DNA of 64,000 nt from Azolla caroliniana. Its lineage: Eukaryota; Plantae; Polypodiophyta. The stretch covers positions 9,610,001 through 9,674,000 of the forward strand of contig JBHGNT010000021.1 in assembly GCA_043228905.1 (NCBI GenBank). The letters run 5' to 3'. The notes beneath the pieces were generated by a model. That model was not told the origin of the DNA. It ran no database searches and worked only from the letters and a program-made list of their open reading frames with translations. Below are positions 37,300 to 50,354 of this stretch, in pieces. Positions within the stretch are counted from its first letter, which is position 1; every line of letters begins with the position of its first letter. Both the position numbers and the translations under genes were made by a program.

Positions 37300-38700
37300 A
37301 TAAACATTCTGTATTAACACAAGCAGTTAATCTAAAGTTTTCCTCACCCACTCTCTATAGTATGCGTCGACGGCACCACCGTCTTCACTCATCCTCATAA
37401 CAAGAAAAATGCTTCATATAGTCCACTTCAGCCATCTCGGCGATTAGCATGTTGCAGCATCTTGCCAAAGTCCACTAAAATCCTGCATAATCAACAGAAC
37501 TCAGTATAAAAATTTCCTCACCCACTCATGCTATTCAACTTCGACCCCACCACCATCTTCACTCATCCTTATCTCATAAAAATTCTTCCTTCAGTCCACA
37601 TCAGCCAACTCGTCGACTAGGATCTTGCCAATGTCCACACAAAACCTGTATTAACAACACAAAAACAGTTTACAAGTTTCCTCACCCACTCATCATAATC
37701 GGCTTCGACCCCCCCACCGTCTTCACTCATCCTTATCACAAAAAAAACTGCTTCATTCAGTCCCATCCAACATCTCACCTTTTAACCGATTACCATCAAG
37801 GTCCTGTCAAACAAGCAACAACAAAACGGGACACATGCTTCAATTCTTACCGCCATCATCAATCATCACCATGAAATTAAAACATGCCCCCACATCAAAC
37901 CTTGCTTCAACCCATACCACCACCATTCTCACTGACAAATTGCTTCAATACCACATCACCTATCTGAATTTATACCATTTTTAACCTGTCGTGATACTCC
38001 TCTTAATCGCTTCATTTTGCACATCAACAATGTGCTTCATTTCTACGTCACCCATCTATTTGTGCAGCTCCTAAAACCTGTATAAACAACAATAGCATAA
38101 ATGTATTGTGTGTATCCCCTCCTAAACATGCGCTTCAATCCCCCGTCAACACCATCATTCATCCTTTCCAACTATAAAAACTTCCATGACTACACATAAA
38201 ATATAAAGTTTCCTCATCCCCTCATATATTTGCTTCAACCCCCACACCCTCGCCACTCATCCTCTCGTCATTAAAAGTTGTATAAAACAATAACTACATG
38301 ACAACAACTAGAAGATTATCCTGTTTGTTGCACTCCCTAATATGAAACCTAAACTCTTCTTCACTCCATCCCATGACACCAAATTCCATCAAGCATCATC
38401 CACGACAACCATCTCGCCTTCTTGCTAATTGGCAGCAAATTTTGTCTTGACATGTCCTTGATTTCCTTCCATCAAGCATCCTGCTATATAGACCACAAAC
38501 AAATTAATGTAAAAAAATCCCTCACCAACTCATAATAACATGCTTCATTAACCCCCACACCATCTACACTCTTCCTTATCACTCAGAAGAAAATTGCTTC
38601 TTACATCCACAACAACCATCTTGCCTTATCGCTAACCGGCACCAAATTTTGGCTTGCCATGTCCTTGATTTTCATCAACATCAATTATCCTGACAAAAAG
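37300..38700 (-). repeat. Degenerate ~165-175-bp repeat array of unknown origin
   Basis: TTTCCTCACCCACTC...CACCRTCTTCACTCATCCT at ~37340, 37513 and 37677, with weaker copies to ~38600. Confidence 0.75.
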
Positions 38701-38719
38701 ATAAACGGTCATCTATATT

Positions 38720-40245
38720 ATATCATGGTATTTGTACTAAAGATGGTGCCGGTGGCGGGAATAACCACCGAGGCGGTACATAGTTCCACTTGACATCTGC
38801 GGCTTCATTCAACATAATAGGTATAGATGACCAAACTTTACGAATTCTCATTCTTTTCTTATTAGTTGCATGTCCAGAACCCTTATAACTATCATATTCA
38901 CCTTTAACTGTATGTACCAACAAGTTCCAAAAGGACTTAACTTGATCCACGATGTGAGTGTTTTCATCATTGTATAGCTTAGAGCACCTAGCTTTCCAAA
39001 GAATCCATAAAGCCAAAGAGGAGACAATTTGCCAGACATAACTTCCGGAGAAAAACTTGATTCCCTGCAAGGAGGTTGAAGCATAGTCTACCTACAAACT
39101 TGTGACACGTAATGACAAAGAAGAATAATGTTGATGATAGAAAGTCATTTGTTGATCTAACCTTCCCCATAAAACTGCACCCCACGTAAAAATCCCTGAC
39201 CTATACTTACGACCTAATAGCCTAAGAATACTAAACCAAAACTTTTTTGCAACAACACATTCCCAAAATACATGATGCAATGACTCACTTGCATAACCAC
39301 ACATAACGCAAGACCGATCAGTTACAGATCCCCTCATCAAATCACCTACTGGCAACGCATAATGAATCATCAACCAACGAAAGTGTAATATCTTGTTCAT
39401 ACATTTAATTGACCAAAAGTGTTTCCAAAACATCGTCATCTGAGAAGATGATACATTACCTTCGTCCCAATACTTTTTTCCCGCAGGTATTGACTCAGTC
39501 TGACTCAACATAAAGTTTCTCCCGAACGCCACCGAATATGTGAAGAAAGGTAGGACCTTAGTGGAACTATTAGGCATGGACAATTTCCAACCATAATCCG
39601 TAGGATCCCACTACAGATCCACAAGTGGTCTAGCGTGTACAACCCAAATATGAGATGCATAGTTAGCAATTAAGGGACTAGGGTCAATAACTAATTTTTT
39701 ATCCAATCTAGCAATTACTCGCACTGGTAATTGCTTTGCAACAAACATGATTGGAGACTCGACGTCTACTAATATCAACGTACCATTATCCAACACTTCA
39801 TAGAAGTGCATACTGCCATTTTGATTGTATAATGAGCACCTATAAGTATATTAAGTGTCGAAAACATACCGTACCACCTTTGAAACTGATCAAGTTGCAA
39901 AGTTGGTATTGTGACCTCATACACCATGGACAATTGATCTACCATTATATTTTCCCCTCTTAACCTATACAACCTATTCTTTCGTTCCTGAGCCGATGTC
40001 TGCAAGAAGTTTATCCAATCCGCAATTGTACGGGCTGGACCATTATCCATTGCAGCCCAAGATAACCTAGGCCTTGAACCCAACACACATGCGGCTTCAT
40101 CCGTAAATAAAGGGTTCCATATCAAAGGTTGACGCATGAATTGAGCATAAGTTTTTGGAGGCAAGAAAACGAGTGCTTGGCGAACACTTTCCCATGCTCG
40201 AAATATTCCATTAAAAAAACGTAAGGATCCAACATTAGACTTTGG
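38720..40245 (-). mobile_element. 5'-truncated LINE (L1/Tx1-like) 3' fragment with zf-RVT
   Basis: KILHFRWLMIHYALPVGD...CVMCG...ESLHHVFWEC; ALWILWKARC; homologous to the LINE at 59662-61620. Confidence 0.85.
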
Positions 40246-42239
40246 CAATATCATCATGATTTTCAACAATGTCATCATGATCACAAGATATTCTTGTCAA
40301 AATATGACGATGTGCATTGCTTTCTCGCCACAACAATATATTGGCACAAAAGTCATGTTCTTTTAGTTCAGGACCTTTAATAGATATTCGTATCAGTGCA
40401 TATACACATTGCCCTTCAGTTTATTTTTTAACTTATTGTTTACTAGATTTAAGCAACTAATTCCTCTCACATGTTGTCGTAGAAGAACATTGAATTAACC
40501 CTATCGATGAAAGCTTTAAAAGCTCATGTATCATTTCTTTCCAAACATCAATTTATGATTCCCCAAACATCTAAAATATATTTTCCAATCCATTCGATGG
40601 TAGCGTGCCTTTTGAAAAATGCATATTCATCATAAAATATATCATTATCAACTATGTATCGGAGAAAATACTTTCCCGTCTATCAATTTTTTGAGCACCA
40701 TAAAAATTTCGAAGTGTTTTGAGGTCATTAAGTCCCATAGTCTTTCGTGTTATAATGCTTGTAGATCCACTAAAGATATTCATTGGTGATAACATTTTCA
40801 ATGCAGAAAGAGTCACTAGATCTTGATGCCTCTTCTTTACCGTCTTTATTAATGCCTATAAAATAAAGTTTGGAATCAAATTGCTTCAATTAAGTCATAA
40901 CCATCAATCTTCTATCCAGATGATGTTTTTATAAATATTAATGAATGGATATATATCATGTTTGGTAATATTGAGTGCAAAGTGTATTTGGTAATATTGT
41001 CCTCTCAAAGTGTATTAGTAGGCAACATGCTCAGGTTTGAGCAGCAGATTTGGTGGCAGAGGCTATCAATCCCATAGAAAGAGCCTTAAAAAGAGAAAAT
41101 GCAAAATGAGAGAGAAACGGAAGAACGAGTTGCACGCCTCTTTGAAGATGGAGTTATTAGAAACCATACAAAAAGACATCAAAATTCTTGTAAGTAAATT
41201 GAACTTAGAGCTTAAGGATAACATGTCATTGTACCTAAGGGGTGACATATCCTCAAATAAAGTAGAACTAGTAGATATTAAAGTCAATTTACAAAAATCA
41301 CAAGAAATAGTGAAGAAATACATCTCCATACTTAAAGCCAATGTGAATAAGGAAACTCATATGGTGTGGTTAAAATCTGAGATTGAGGTAATTGATTATG
41401 TCTATTACCTTTGTTTTTCGTTTCACTAGTTGTTGGCGCACCGTGATTGTTGTGTAAATTAGTGATTTTCTACTTGTATCAATGCTCGTCCTATAGGTTT
41501 GTTGTTGCATGTTATACAGAATAGTCTCGGGTCTATCGATGCTCCGATGTTGTACAATTAATGTTGGTTCTAGTATCGATGATGTAGTTGTGTAGAATTT
41601 GACCCTTCGTGTGTATTTCCATTATGTTATGATATAGTCTTCGAATTTGTGTATGTTAGATCCATTAGATTGGGTTGATGGTAGTGAGTTCATAGATGAG
41701 GATGTTGTATTTTGATTGTCACCAATCATGTGTTCATTTTGTGACTTCTCTAATGTTGCTCTGTCTTTTGAGGATTCTGTTGTTAATGCTCGAGGGAGTC
41801 TTATATTTGTGATTCCATTTGTACAATGCCTATTCCCGGTTGCTTTCATTACATATGATGACCTAGAAAATAAATATTTCTCCTCAAACTCCATAGGACG
41901 GATCAAAGTTATTTTACTTGAATTCGAAAGGTAAATTTTATATGCTTTTACTTCATATGGCTCTCCATATCGAACAATTTTATCTTTGATTCACAGATCC
42001 TCAAGTTTTGTTCTATTGACAGGTTGTACCATGTTCCTCACGGTTTCTAAATGTTTCACATGAACCTTGTAAAACACCATGCTACTAGATTGATACGTAA
42101 TTGAAGAGGCCTTCCTCATCTAGACCTAACTATTTCAGGGCCAATTTGCGTATTTGTTTCCATTTTCTCTCTATGCCAAAATTGTTTAGCTTTGTGAACC
42201 ATTACTACAAATGTAACAAATCATGCGATTAGGTATCAG

Positions 42240-43010
42240 GGGTCAATCCATATGAGGATTTGTCATCTAATTCCTTTGTTTTGGGGATTCTTGTTCTCAA
42301 GCCATGAGTCAAAGAATCTTTTCCTTGAGATACTCCCTTAATGTCTCGCATCATGTTGCGATATCAATCTTTTGAAGAGCCTCAATCAAACATTCTACCA
42401 GCTATGAGAGTAATGACTCCCCTAAACCCTAAAAGAATTGGTTTATTATGACTTGTCAAAGAAGTTTAGTGAACTCCTTCCTATGTCATAGCTGTCCATT
42501 ACCTTCTTCCCATTCCTTTGACAAATTGTAAATATGCATTATATTTGGCTATCTCCCAAAGAAATCTGGGGCATGACTTCTCTCCCAATGATGATGGAGT
42601 AACTCCTCCATTTCTTCCCAAAGAATAGCATCCTTTTACATGACCCTAATCCACTAAACTATGGATTTGGCCACATCTTTTACCCTTCACCTTTGAGAAA
42701 GGGAGGTTGTGTATTCCTCAACATTTCAAGAATTTAGGGTTAAGGATTCTCTGCCTGTTAAAAAGCAATTTGTGTTGTGTAACAAACAACAATGTTTTGA
42801 AGCCCTCTAAATAGCTTATAACGGAAATCAAACCACCTCATTGGTTTACCGTCTTGAAAAATCACTTATCCCTCTTTAAGTCTTATTTCCTTACATCTAT
42901 GTCACTCTTAGATCCTTGCAGCAAATTGCTGTTTGGAATCAAATTCTGCTATTCCTTTCTCAATCCATAGTATTTGGTGAGAGATACCAAAACAAACTGT
43001 TGCCAAGCCA
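42240..43010 (-). pseudogene. Possible heavily decayed retrotransposon gag relic
   Basis: Patchy translation (PPFLKGEG...WIRVM) and a TTGGTATC motif; many stops. Confidence 0.25.
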
Positions 43011-43979
43011 TGGATATGAGAGTGATTACAACTCTCTTTGACTCTCTCTTTTTTTCTTTAGCTTGATTTATTAAACTTTATATGGTTGATTTAGTATTCA
43101 GCCATTTCACTGCTTAGCAAGAGATGATATAAACTAACCTGCATCAGACAATTTCATTCCCTACATCCTCAAGTCAAAGTTGGTACTAATGACTTCATAC
43201 AATGTCTTACATAGATCTATGAAACATGAAGGTGAATCATCAACAATGTAGACAGTTGATCTTGATGATCATACTAGTTTCCACTATATATGAATCAATT
43301 CGTACAATACCTGAGTCTTTTCAAAGAAAACAGAAATAGAGAAGTATATTGCGTTCCAATGATGAATATGAAAGAGAATATTGATGTATACATTACAAAA
43401 GGATCTTGCTAGATGCACTAAAAACATCCAACTAAAACGAACCATAAAACTTGAAATAAATTCAGCAGACATCGGGTAGAGAGCAGATTCGGCGAATTCA
43501 CACAGCCAAAATAGGGATATCGAGGACCTCCTATGGCGATATCTCATGAAATGGCCAGGTGGGGGATTAGATGTCATGAATTGTGTTTGTGTGCGAGCGG
43601 GGATGGATTAATTTAGGGCATAACAAATCAATAGATTGTGTTGAAGAGTCATCTAATATAGACTAGGGCCACAATTTTACTGCAAGACCTAGCTATCTAT
43701 AGAAGAAGACATGGAGATTTGTTACTGTAATCTAGGATAACAAAAAGGATCAATTAAAGTGTGTGTGTGTGTATGATGGTGTGAATAAGGCTAGATTAAT
43801 TGAGTAGTAAATGATGCTCAAATGTGTGTGCATGATGAGATTAACTGGATTTGATTGAACCACTTATGGTAAGGTAAAATGCCTTTGCAATAATTCCTAA
43901 ATCAAGTTGAAGAAGCAAGCCACATGCATGTTTAGGGAGAATCCTTGTTTCGAGTAACTGGCATGTTAACTTAGGGATT

Positions 43980-44243
43980 TTATTCGGTGATCCTTGCGCA
44001 CGCAGTGATGAAGGTGCAGGAGCGGGTATAAGGGTTGGCCGCACCCGATGCCGCACACCCGTAGTAGGACGCGCCCGCATTGGAGCAAGGCACCGAGTTC
44101 GCGATGAGTGCCCCATAGCTAATGTACGTGGTCACGTTGGTGTCGGACACGAATTGTGCGCGCACATTGGCCACCATGCCTACTAAGCCCACAATCACCA
44201 ACACCATCAAAATCCTAATTGTGACATTCCTACTGCTCCCCAT
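43980..44243 (-). CDS. RALF: RALF-like secreted cysteine-rich peptide (87 aa, intronless)
   Basis: First ATG at 44243; hydrophobic signal peptide; YISYGAL, PCS..GASYY.C, ANPYTRSC..IT.CAR with four Cys. Confidence 0.95.
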   Translation of the reverse strand: MGSSRNVTIRILMVLVIVGLVGMVANVRAQFVSDTNVTTYISYGALIANSVPCSNAGASYYGCAASGAANPYTRSCTFITACARITE

Positions 44244-47200
44244 CCTACCCAAACCTCCTCCTCCTTCCTCCTCCTCCTTCTAAAATCTCTTCAAAGTTTG
44301 GTGGTATTCTTCCTCTCCTACTTCTCTTCCGTCTACTTCTTCTCTTTTCTTTTCTTTTTCTCTACATGTTGTGGCTTGTTTACTCTAAAATAGACATTTC
44401 CTCCCTTGTGGTCATGTTTTTCTACAAAAGCCAGTTCATCAAAAGCTCATCACCCCCCCACACGTCTTCTCCATATGTTCAAGTTAGTGCCCTAGAAATA
44501 TGGCTCACCACAAAAAGTAAAGAGAAAACATCCCCCCCCCCCCCCCCCCCACCCACACACACACACACACACACGTACACATAAAGACTTTTTTATGATC
44601 TCTATATGTATAATGACCCCACTCACTCATCTCAACATCCACACTTTCTACTACGCTTCCTCATGACGCAATTTGATGCACCATAAGCCGATACTGATAT
44701 TACGTGCAACGCACATTCTCTTGTGCAAAATATCTATCTATGCATGCTAACCAATCCACCTTTTTTCGCAAATCTCAAAGAGACATTTAACATTCCATCC
44801 TCTACATATCTGACTTTCGTATTTTAATGGATATATCTTGAACACACACCTTCTCGTTTCTTTATTACGGAAAAAAAGGATTGTCCTCCATGTGATTCTT
44901 CCTCGCTATGGCCACCATCTTTTTCATACTTAACTCGTACGTAGACTACCGATTTCTTGAAACTAGTAAAATTGTCTTACTCTACTAGTCTCTATGTCCC
45001 CACGATTTCCTACATTTGTTGTTTCCCAACTATGCAATGATGTGAAATTCCATGATTCAAAACTATTCTGAAATGATATGATTTGAGCAAAGTGGTTTCA
45101 ATGGGCATCATATATTTGACATTTATAAGCACAGATGCTAACAACATATCTTCACATGCAATCTAATCTAAACTTTATTAGCTTCATCACACACAAAACA
45201 CACTCTTGCTTTCTCTTTTCTCATTCCATATGTCATGTTTGACCTCTAAAGGGGTGAGGATGATAAAATAAATCTATCTAGATCTGAAAACCCATTTAAC
45301 TCCTTTCTCATTCATTGAATTATTTTCCCTATTTCTCTTTTTGAAGAGATTCATAGTTTGGATCAACCTATGTGTGCAAATAATAAGTAGTTTCGAAACC
45401 TTAAGGAAATCGTATCCTTTATGTACATTACGACGCATTAGTTCGATGCAATTCCATTATTTGTCCTCTATCTCAACAACATTTATGGTAGGAGGAGATT
45501 AATGTAAGTGATTCCTTTGATCTAACAATGGTGTCAATCAATAGCCTATTCACGTGATAAACCAAAAATAGTGGTATTTGCGAGAATGTAAATGAACACA
45601 TTGTTTGAGATGTGATAGAAAATGAGAGACACAACTTCTATTTGCAATGCCATGGATGTACTTTAATGTGAGGGGAATTTGACAACCACCTTTGCAAGAA
45701 TACATGTTATATTTTGTTTGCTAGTGAGCTTCTTGAAATCTTTGCTCCCTCTTTTTTCCAATGTTGTCATTTATAATGTAGTAAACATTACTTTCATGTA
45801 TCTACCAATACATTGTGAATTTTACATAGCCAACCTACAATAATCTCGATTCTAACTTCAAGAATGTAAGGGGGGGGGGGGCACAATATGTAAGCCCTCC
45901 AAATGATGTGCATTCAAGGTATAATAAATTGTTGAATTATTTGTAAATTTTCAATGAACTGAACATTAAATTCTCTATACACTGAGGAAAAACCTCTTTT
46001 ATGTGCTACATGGATGTAGCCAAAAAATGTATAGCTTGAACACCCTTTTTAGATTGTACATTCTCTTATGTACATAAGAAAATGTATAGCATTGAAGTCA
46101 CATTGTATAACTATGCATGCCATTATGATCCCCTTTCTGCATAAAATCACAATAGAAATGTGACTACATATTGATGCTATATTTCTTTAATATTTTCATA
46201 TCAATATCATGCCTTACAAGAAAATGCTAGTATGCAACAACACAATAACATTAAGTTAAACACATGATAGGCATGTGTAATGTTAAGTTGTACATGGTAG
46301 GTATGTGAAGTACATACATTAGCCTAATAGTGAAACCAACAACAATTCTGTGAAGAGGTATAAATTTTATGCTTTCTCATACTTAAGGTGAAGCATTCTA
46401 AATGGCTACTATGTGGACAACCTATAGGAATTGAGTTATTTCTTGGAGTAATGTAAAGATTAAACATCATGACTATGTTTTGTAGGATGTCAATTTAAGT
46501 GCCTAAACTATGCTTTAACTACTCCATTGAAATCCCTATAAAAATATGAGAAGAGAAGCTTTGAGACACATTTAAAAATGTCCTACGTTTACAACGTACA
46601 TGGCATGAGTAAAATTTTGGAGTAACGTTCAAATTAGATGACATGAAGCAAATGTTTTGTATAATGCCAAGTTAAGAGACTCAACTATACACAATTCCCT
46701 ATTACTAATTTCTATAGAATAAAAGGAAAGGCATTGAGTAGAGGATTTTAAAAATACTTAGCAATTTTTGGTCAGTTAATCCCATTAAGATGAAGGTCCA
46801 TGATCTTTCCATGCCACTGTCACTTACCCACGATGTAACTCTTTTTAAAACACTACACAACTCTTCTTTAAAAGTCTATATCTCATGCGAATAATTTTAT
46901 AAAACAATTCGGACATAGTTCTCTTTTTTGTTGTTGATCATTATGAAAGAGAAAGAAAATGAGATATTACATTGACATCTTCAAAATACAAATTGACCTG
47001 TAGGACCAAATAAAATACTTTCAAAGGGACATGATGTAAATCTATTGTGAAATGCACATAAAGAGAATCCAAACTAGCTTGCCTTGCTTCTTCTTGCTCA
47101 ATTTATAGTTGATACATAGGTACCCATTTGGGTTTGCTTGGCACAAAGGAACAAATGTACACCACAACATGAAGGCATGAGCTTGCACCAAAGTGACAGC

Positions 47201-47279
47201 GCATTATGGTCAAAGTGGTGCACACAAGTGTTTACATCCTCAATTGGAACTAAATGAAGGCACTAATAGAAGTGTTTCG

Positions 47280-47420
47280 GGCCAAGAAAGCATTAGTGCT
47301 ACACATTAGGACCTATGGGTGTATGTGGTGCACATGTTCTAAACATCAATAAGGGGAAGTTGGAAGCCAAAATAAAGCAATGTATCTTTCTCAAATAACA
47401 CTAAAGAGTCGATGCACCTC
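47280..47420 (+). pseudogene. Decayed Copia integrase C-terminal relic
   Basis: HIRTYGC...AHVLNINKGKLEAKIKQCIFL-like translation. Confidence 0.4.
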
Positions 47421-47631
47421 ACTGAGAATAATGGATTCTCAAATGACCTTATCAACAAAAAGAGGTACTCCACCCAATGTGGACATATTGTCTACAAAAG
47501 GAAGCTACACCATTCGAAGGTAATGACTCATTGGTTTGGCTTGTTGTAGAGTCACCAGAAAAGAAAATACATAATTATACTCAATAGCTCCTTGATAAGG
47601 TCATGGGTTCGAGTCTTGCCATATCATGACA

Positions 47632-48395
47632 CCCGACCTGCAAGGGATAACTGTTGCGAGTCCCAATATACCAACTTACGCTTCATTGATAATAGCAATG
47701 GTGATAGCATCACTCCAGATGGTAAATCTATACCAACAAGACAACGTAAGTAACGAATCGGCTCCCCATGATTTAGCCAATGGAATGCAGGTCCTGGATA
47801 CCATTGTGGATGCGGTTCATCACTAGTCCAAAGGCCTACAGATTTATTCCAATTGAGAGAGGCTCCAGTAGCATCTAAAAATATCTGTAAAGCATTATGT
47901 ACCCGATCAAGATTAACAAAATCTCCACGAATATTAAGAGCAGTGTCATCCGCAAACTCTACATCAAGAACTGTCAAGTTTGCAATAGGTAAGGCTATTC
48001 CTTGGATGGCCACCATCGAGGATCTAAGAAAAGCTAATAAAGCTTCCCCAAATAAAATAAAAAGAAATGGTGCTAACGGACAACCTTGTCGAATAGATCT
48101 AGAAATTGGAAATAATGTACCATTGCCTCCAGAAAATAAAACTGAGCTAGACGTGTGTCTATATAATGCAGACACCCTTTTTATCCATCCACTTGGAAAC
48201 CCTAATCTTGATAGAACTGCCTCCAGAAAGTCCCAATCTACTTTATCATAAGATTTCTCAAAATCTAATAATAGTATAGCAAGGGATTGTTTGTGATGTT
48301 GAGCCAATGCAATCATCTCCCAAAAAAGGAAGATATTGTCAAAGATGCTTCTATCTTGAAGGAATCGTGATTGTGTATCATGTATAATACTTACT
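47632..48395 (-). pseudogene. LINE RT fragment, inverted relative to the rest of the same LINE
   Basis: LLLDFEKSYDKVDW, RQGCPLAP, FADD; its end duplicates 48941-49077. Confidence 0.92.
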
Positions 48396-49087
48396 TTGTA
48401 TGCCGAGTACAATAGTCTATGGAGCTAAACAAATGCCAATTGAGAAGAAAGGACAATTGCATTAGTGACTTGGTAGAAGAACAAAAACCCTTATGGCTCC
48501 AAGCCTTAACAGAAAAAAGGAAGCATATTGAGGTCGCAAAGAAATATGTCGCACAACAAGACATGTCATGGTGGGATGTATTTTTTAGTGATCAGAAAGG
48601 AATTATTGACAATTGTGTATCTGGTCATAACTGAACTTTGGAAATACCATTCACATGGTTGCTACAACATGATCATATAAATAAAACTCCAGAGCAACCA
48701 ACTAATGCGATTAATGACAGTTTGGTCCATCCACAACAAAGAGACCAAGGATGACCAAAGCAGTTGAAGCTAGATGGAAATATGATGTCGACCATCAGAG
48801 CCATGTTGACAATGTGGACATAGGTCCTCCCTTGCTCCTCTATTCTTCTTGATCTTTGTATAAATTGATTGGAGTTTCAGGAAACTCAATGTGAGATTTA
48901 CTATTATCAAGGAGCTATTGAGTATAATTATGTATTTTCTTTGGCTAAATCATGGGGAGCCGATTTGTTACTTAGGTTGTCTTGTTGGTATAGATTTACC
49001 ATCTGGAGTGATGCTATCACCAATGAAGCGTAAGTTGGTATATTGGGACTCGCAACAGTTATCCCTTGCAGGTCGGGTGTCATGATA

Positions 49088-49150
49088 TGGCAAGACTCGA
49101 ACCCATGACCTTATGTTATATGGGTCAAGCTCTTGACCATTAGATCATCT
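49088..49150 (-). promoter_or_regulatory. tRNA-like A/B-box cassette at the start of the J LTR (second copy ~59236-59298), antisense to the LTR
   Basis: TGATCTAATGG-N33-GGTTCGAGTCT on the minus strand. Confidence 0.62.
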
Positions 49151-49513
49151 ATTGTAATACGTAAGATATTATTTTCATTTACATTTTATAATAGGAAATT
49201 AGTGTATATTCCAGATTTCTCTGGAACATTCTAGAAGCTTCAGGATTACTCCTGAAAACACTATAAAAGAGGGCACTAGGCATTATGTTGAACCAAATTG
49301 GTTCAATGCCAGTCTTAAGCCTTTTAGCCACCATTGTATATTCTCTTCACATAATACATATCTTTCTTATCATCACTCTCTCCCTCTCTCGATCTCTCTC
49401 TTTCTCTTCGTCTCGCTCACTTCTTCCTTCTATCGAAGAAGTTCTACACCTCTCATAGTACTAATCCTTCGTTTAGTACTAAATCCTTCTCTGTCTTAGT
49501 ACTGTTCCTGACA

Positions 49514-49528
49514 GTTTGAACCAATTTT
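49514..49528 (+). promoter_or_regulatory. Self-priming PBS of J
   Basis: TTGAACCAATTT is complementary to AAATTGGTTCAA (49295-49306), about 30 nt downstream of TATAAAA; no TGG tRNA-type PBS. Confidence 0.8.
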
Positions 49529-50354
49529 CTACCTTCTGTCTCTCTCATTTCCTACTAATCTCTTATTCCTCTTTTCTTTCATCCCATGGCCACTGTTAGT
49601 GCTGAAGAATATCAATCTGTTTTCTCGGAATTTCAATGCTTGAAAGAGAAGTTCCATGCTTTGGAACAAGAAAACCAACAGTTGCTGGGGGGGATCTTTA
49701 GCAAATCTCCTTAGAAAAGCAGCAAACGCAACAATAGCATGGGGAACTTGCGTTACGCGTGCAACAACTCGAAGCAACCATCGTAGCGATGCAACAACAA
49801 TGGCCCGGAACACAAGGGATTCATAAAGAACCCAAGATTGGCCTTCCCACGAAGTTCGATGGAACGCGATCGCAGTTGAGAGGGTTCCTTAACCAGGTAC
49901 GATTAGTTATTCAAATGCATCCTTCCTGATATCCCACCGATGCATCACGAGTGGGTTTAGTAGGCACTTTCTTAAGTGGCTCGGCGTTGTCATCGTTCGC
50001 TCCACTATTAGAAAAGGAATCTCCGTTACTCAACAATTTTGAAGAGTTTCTAGGTGAGTTTAAAGCATGTTTCGGAGATATTGACAGCATCAGGACCTTA
50101 ATCAACAAAATTCGGCGATTACGCCAAGGTGACCGTCCAGCCTCCGCATACGCTGTAGATTTTCGCCTACTCGCCACCGATATCCCTTGGGATGATCAAG
50201 CGTTGATGGAGCAATTCTGTTATGGTTTATGCAATGACGTCAAGGATTTACTCTTGACCTTCCCCGAAGAGCCAAAGTCCTTAACAGAAGCAATCAGTCG
50301 CGTGGTGAGATGTGACAACCGCCTCTTTGAGCGACGTTCGGAAAGACAACTACA

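Noticed and set aside
40250-42200. ORFs 41037-41429 and 41622-41906 as host genes
   Set aside because: Short, AT-rich, no domain or splice structure recognised; probably decayed TE sequence
44244-44252. Longer RALF start given in the ORF track
   Set aside because: It begins at TTG; the first ATG is at 44243
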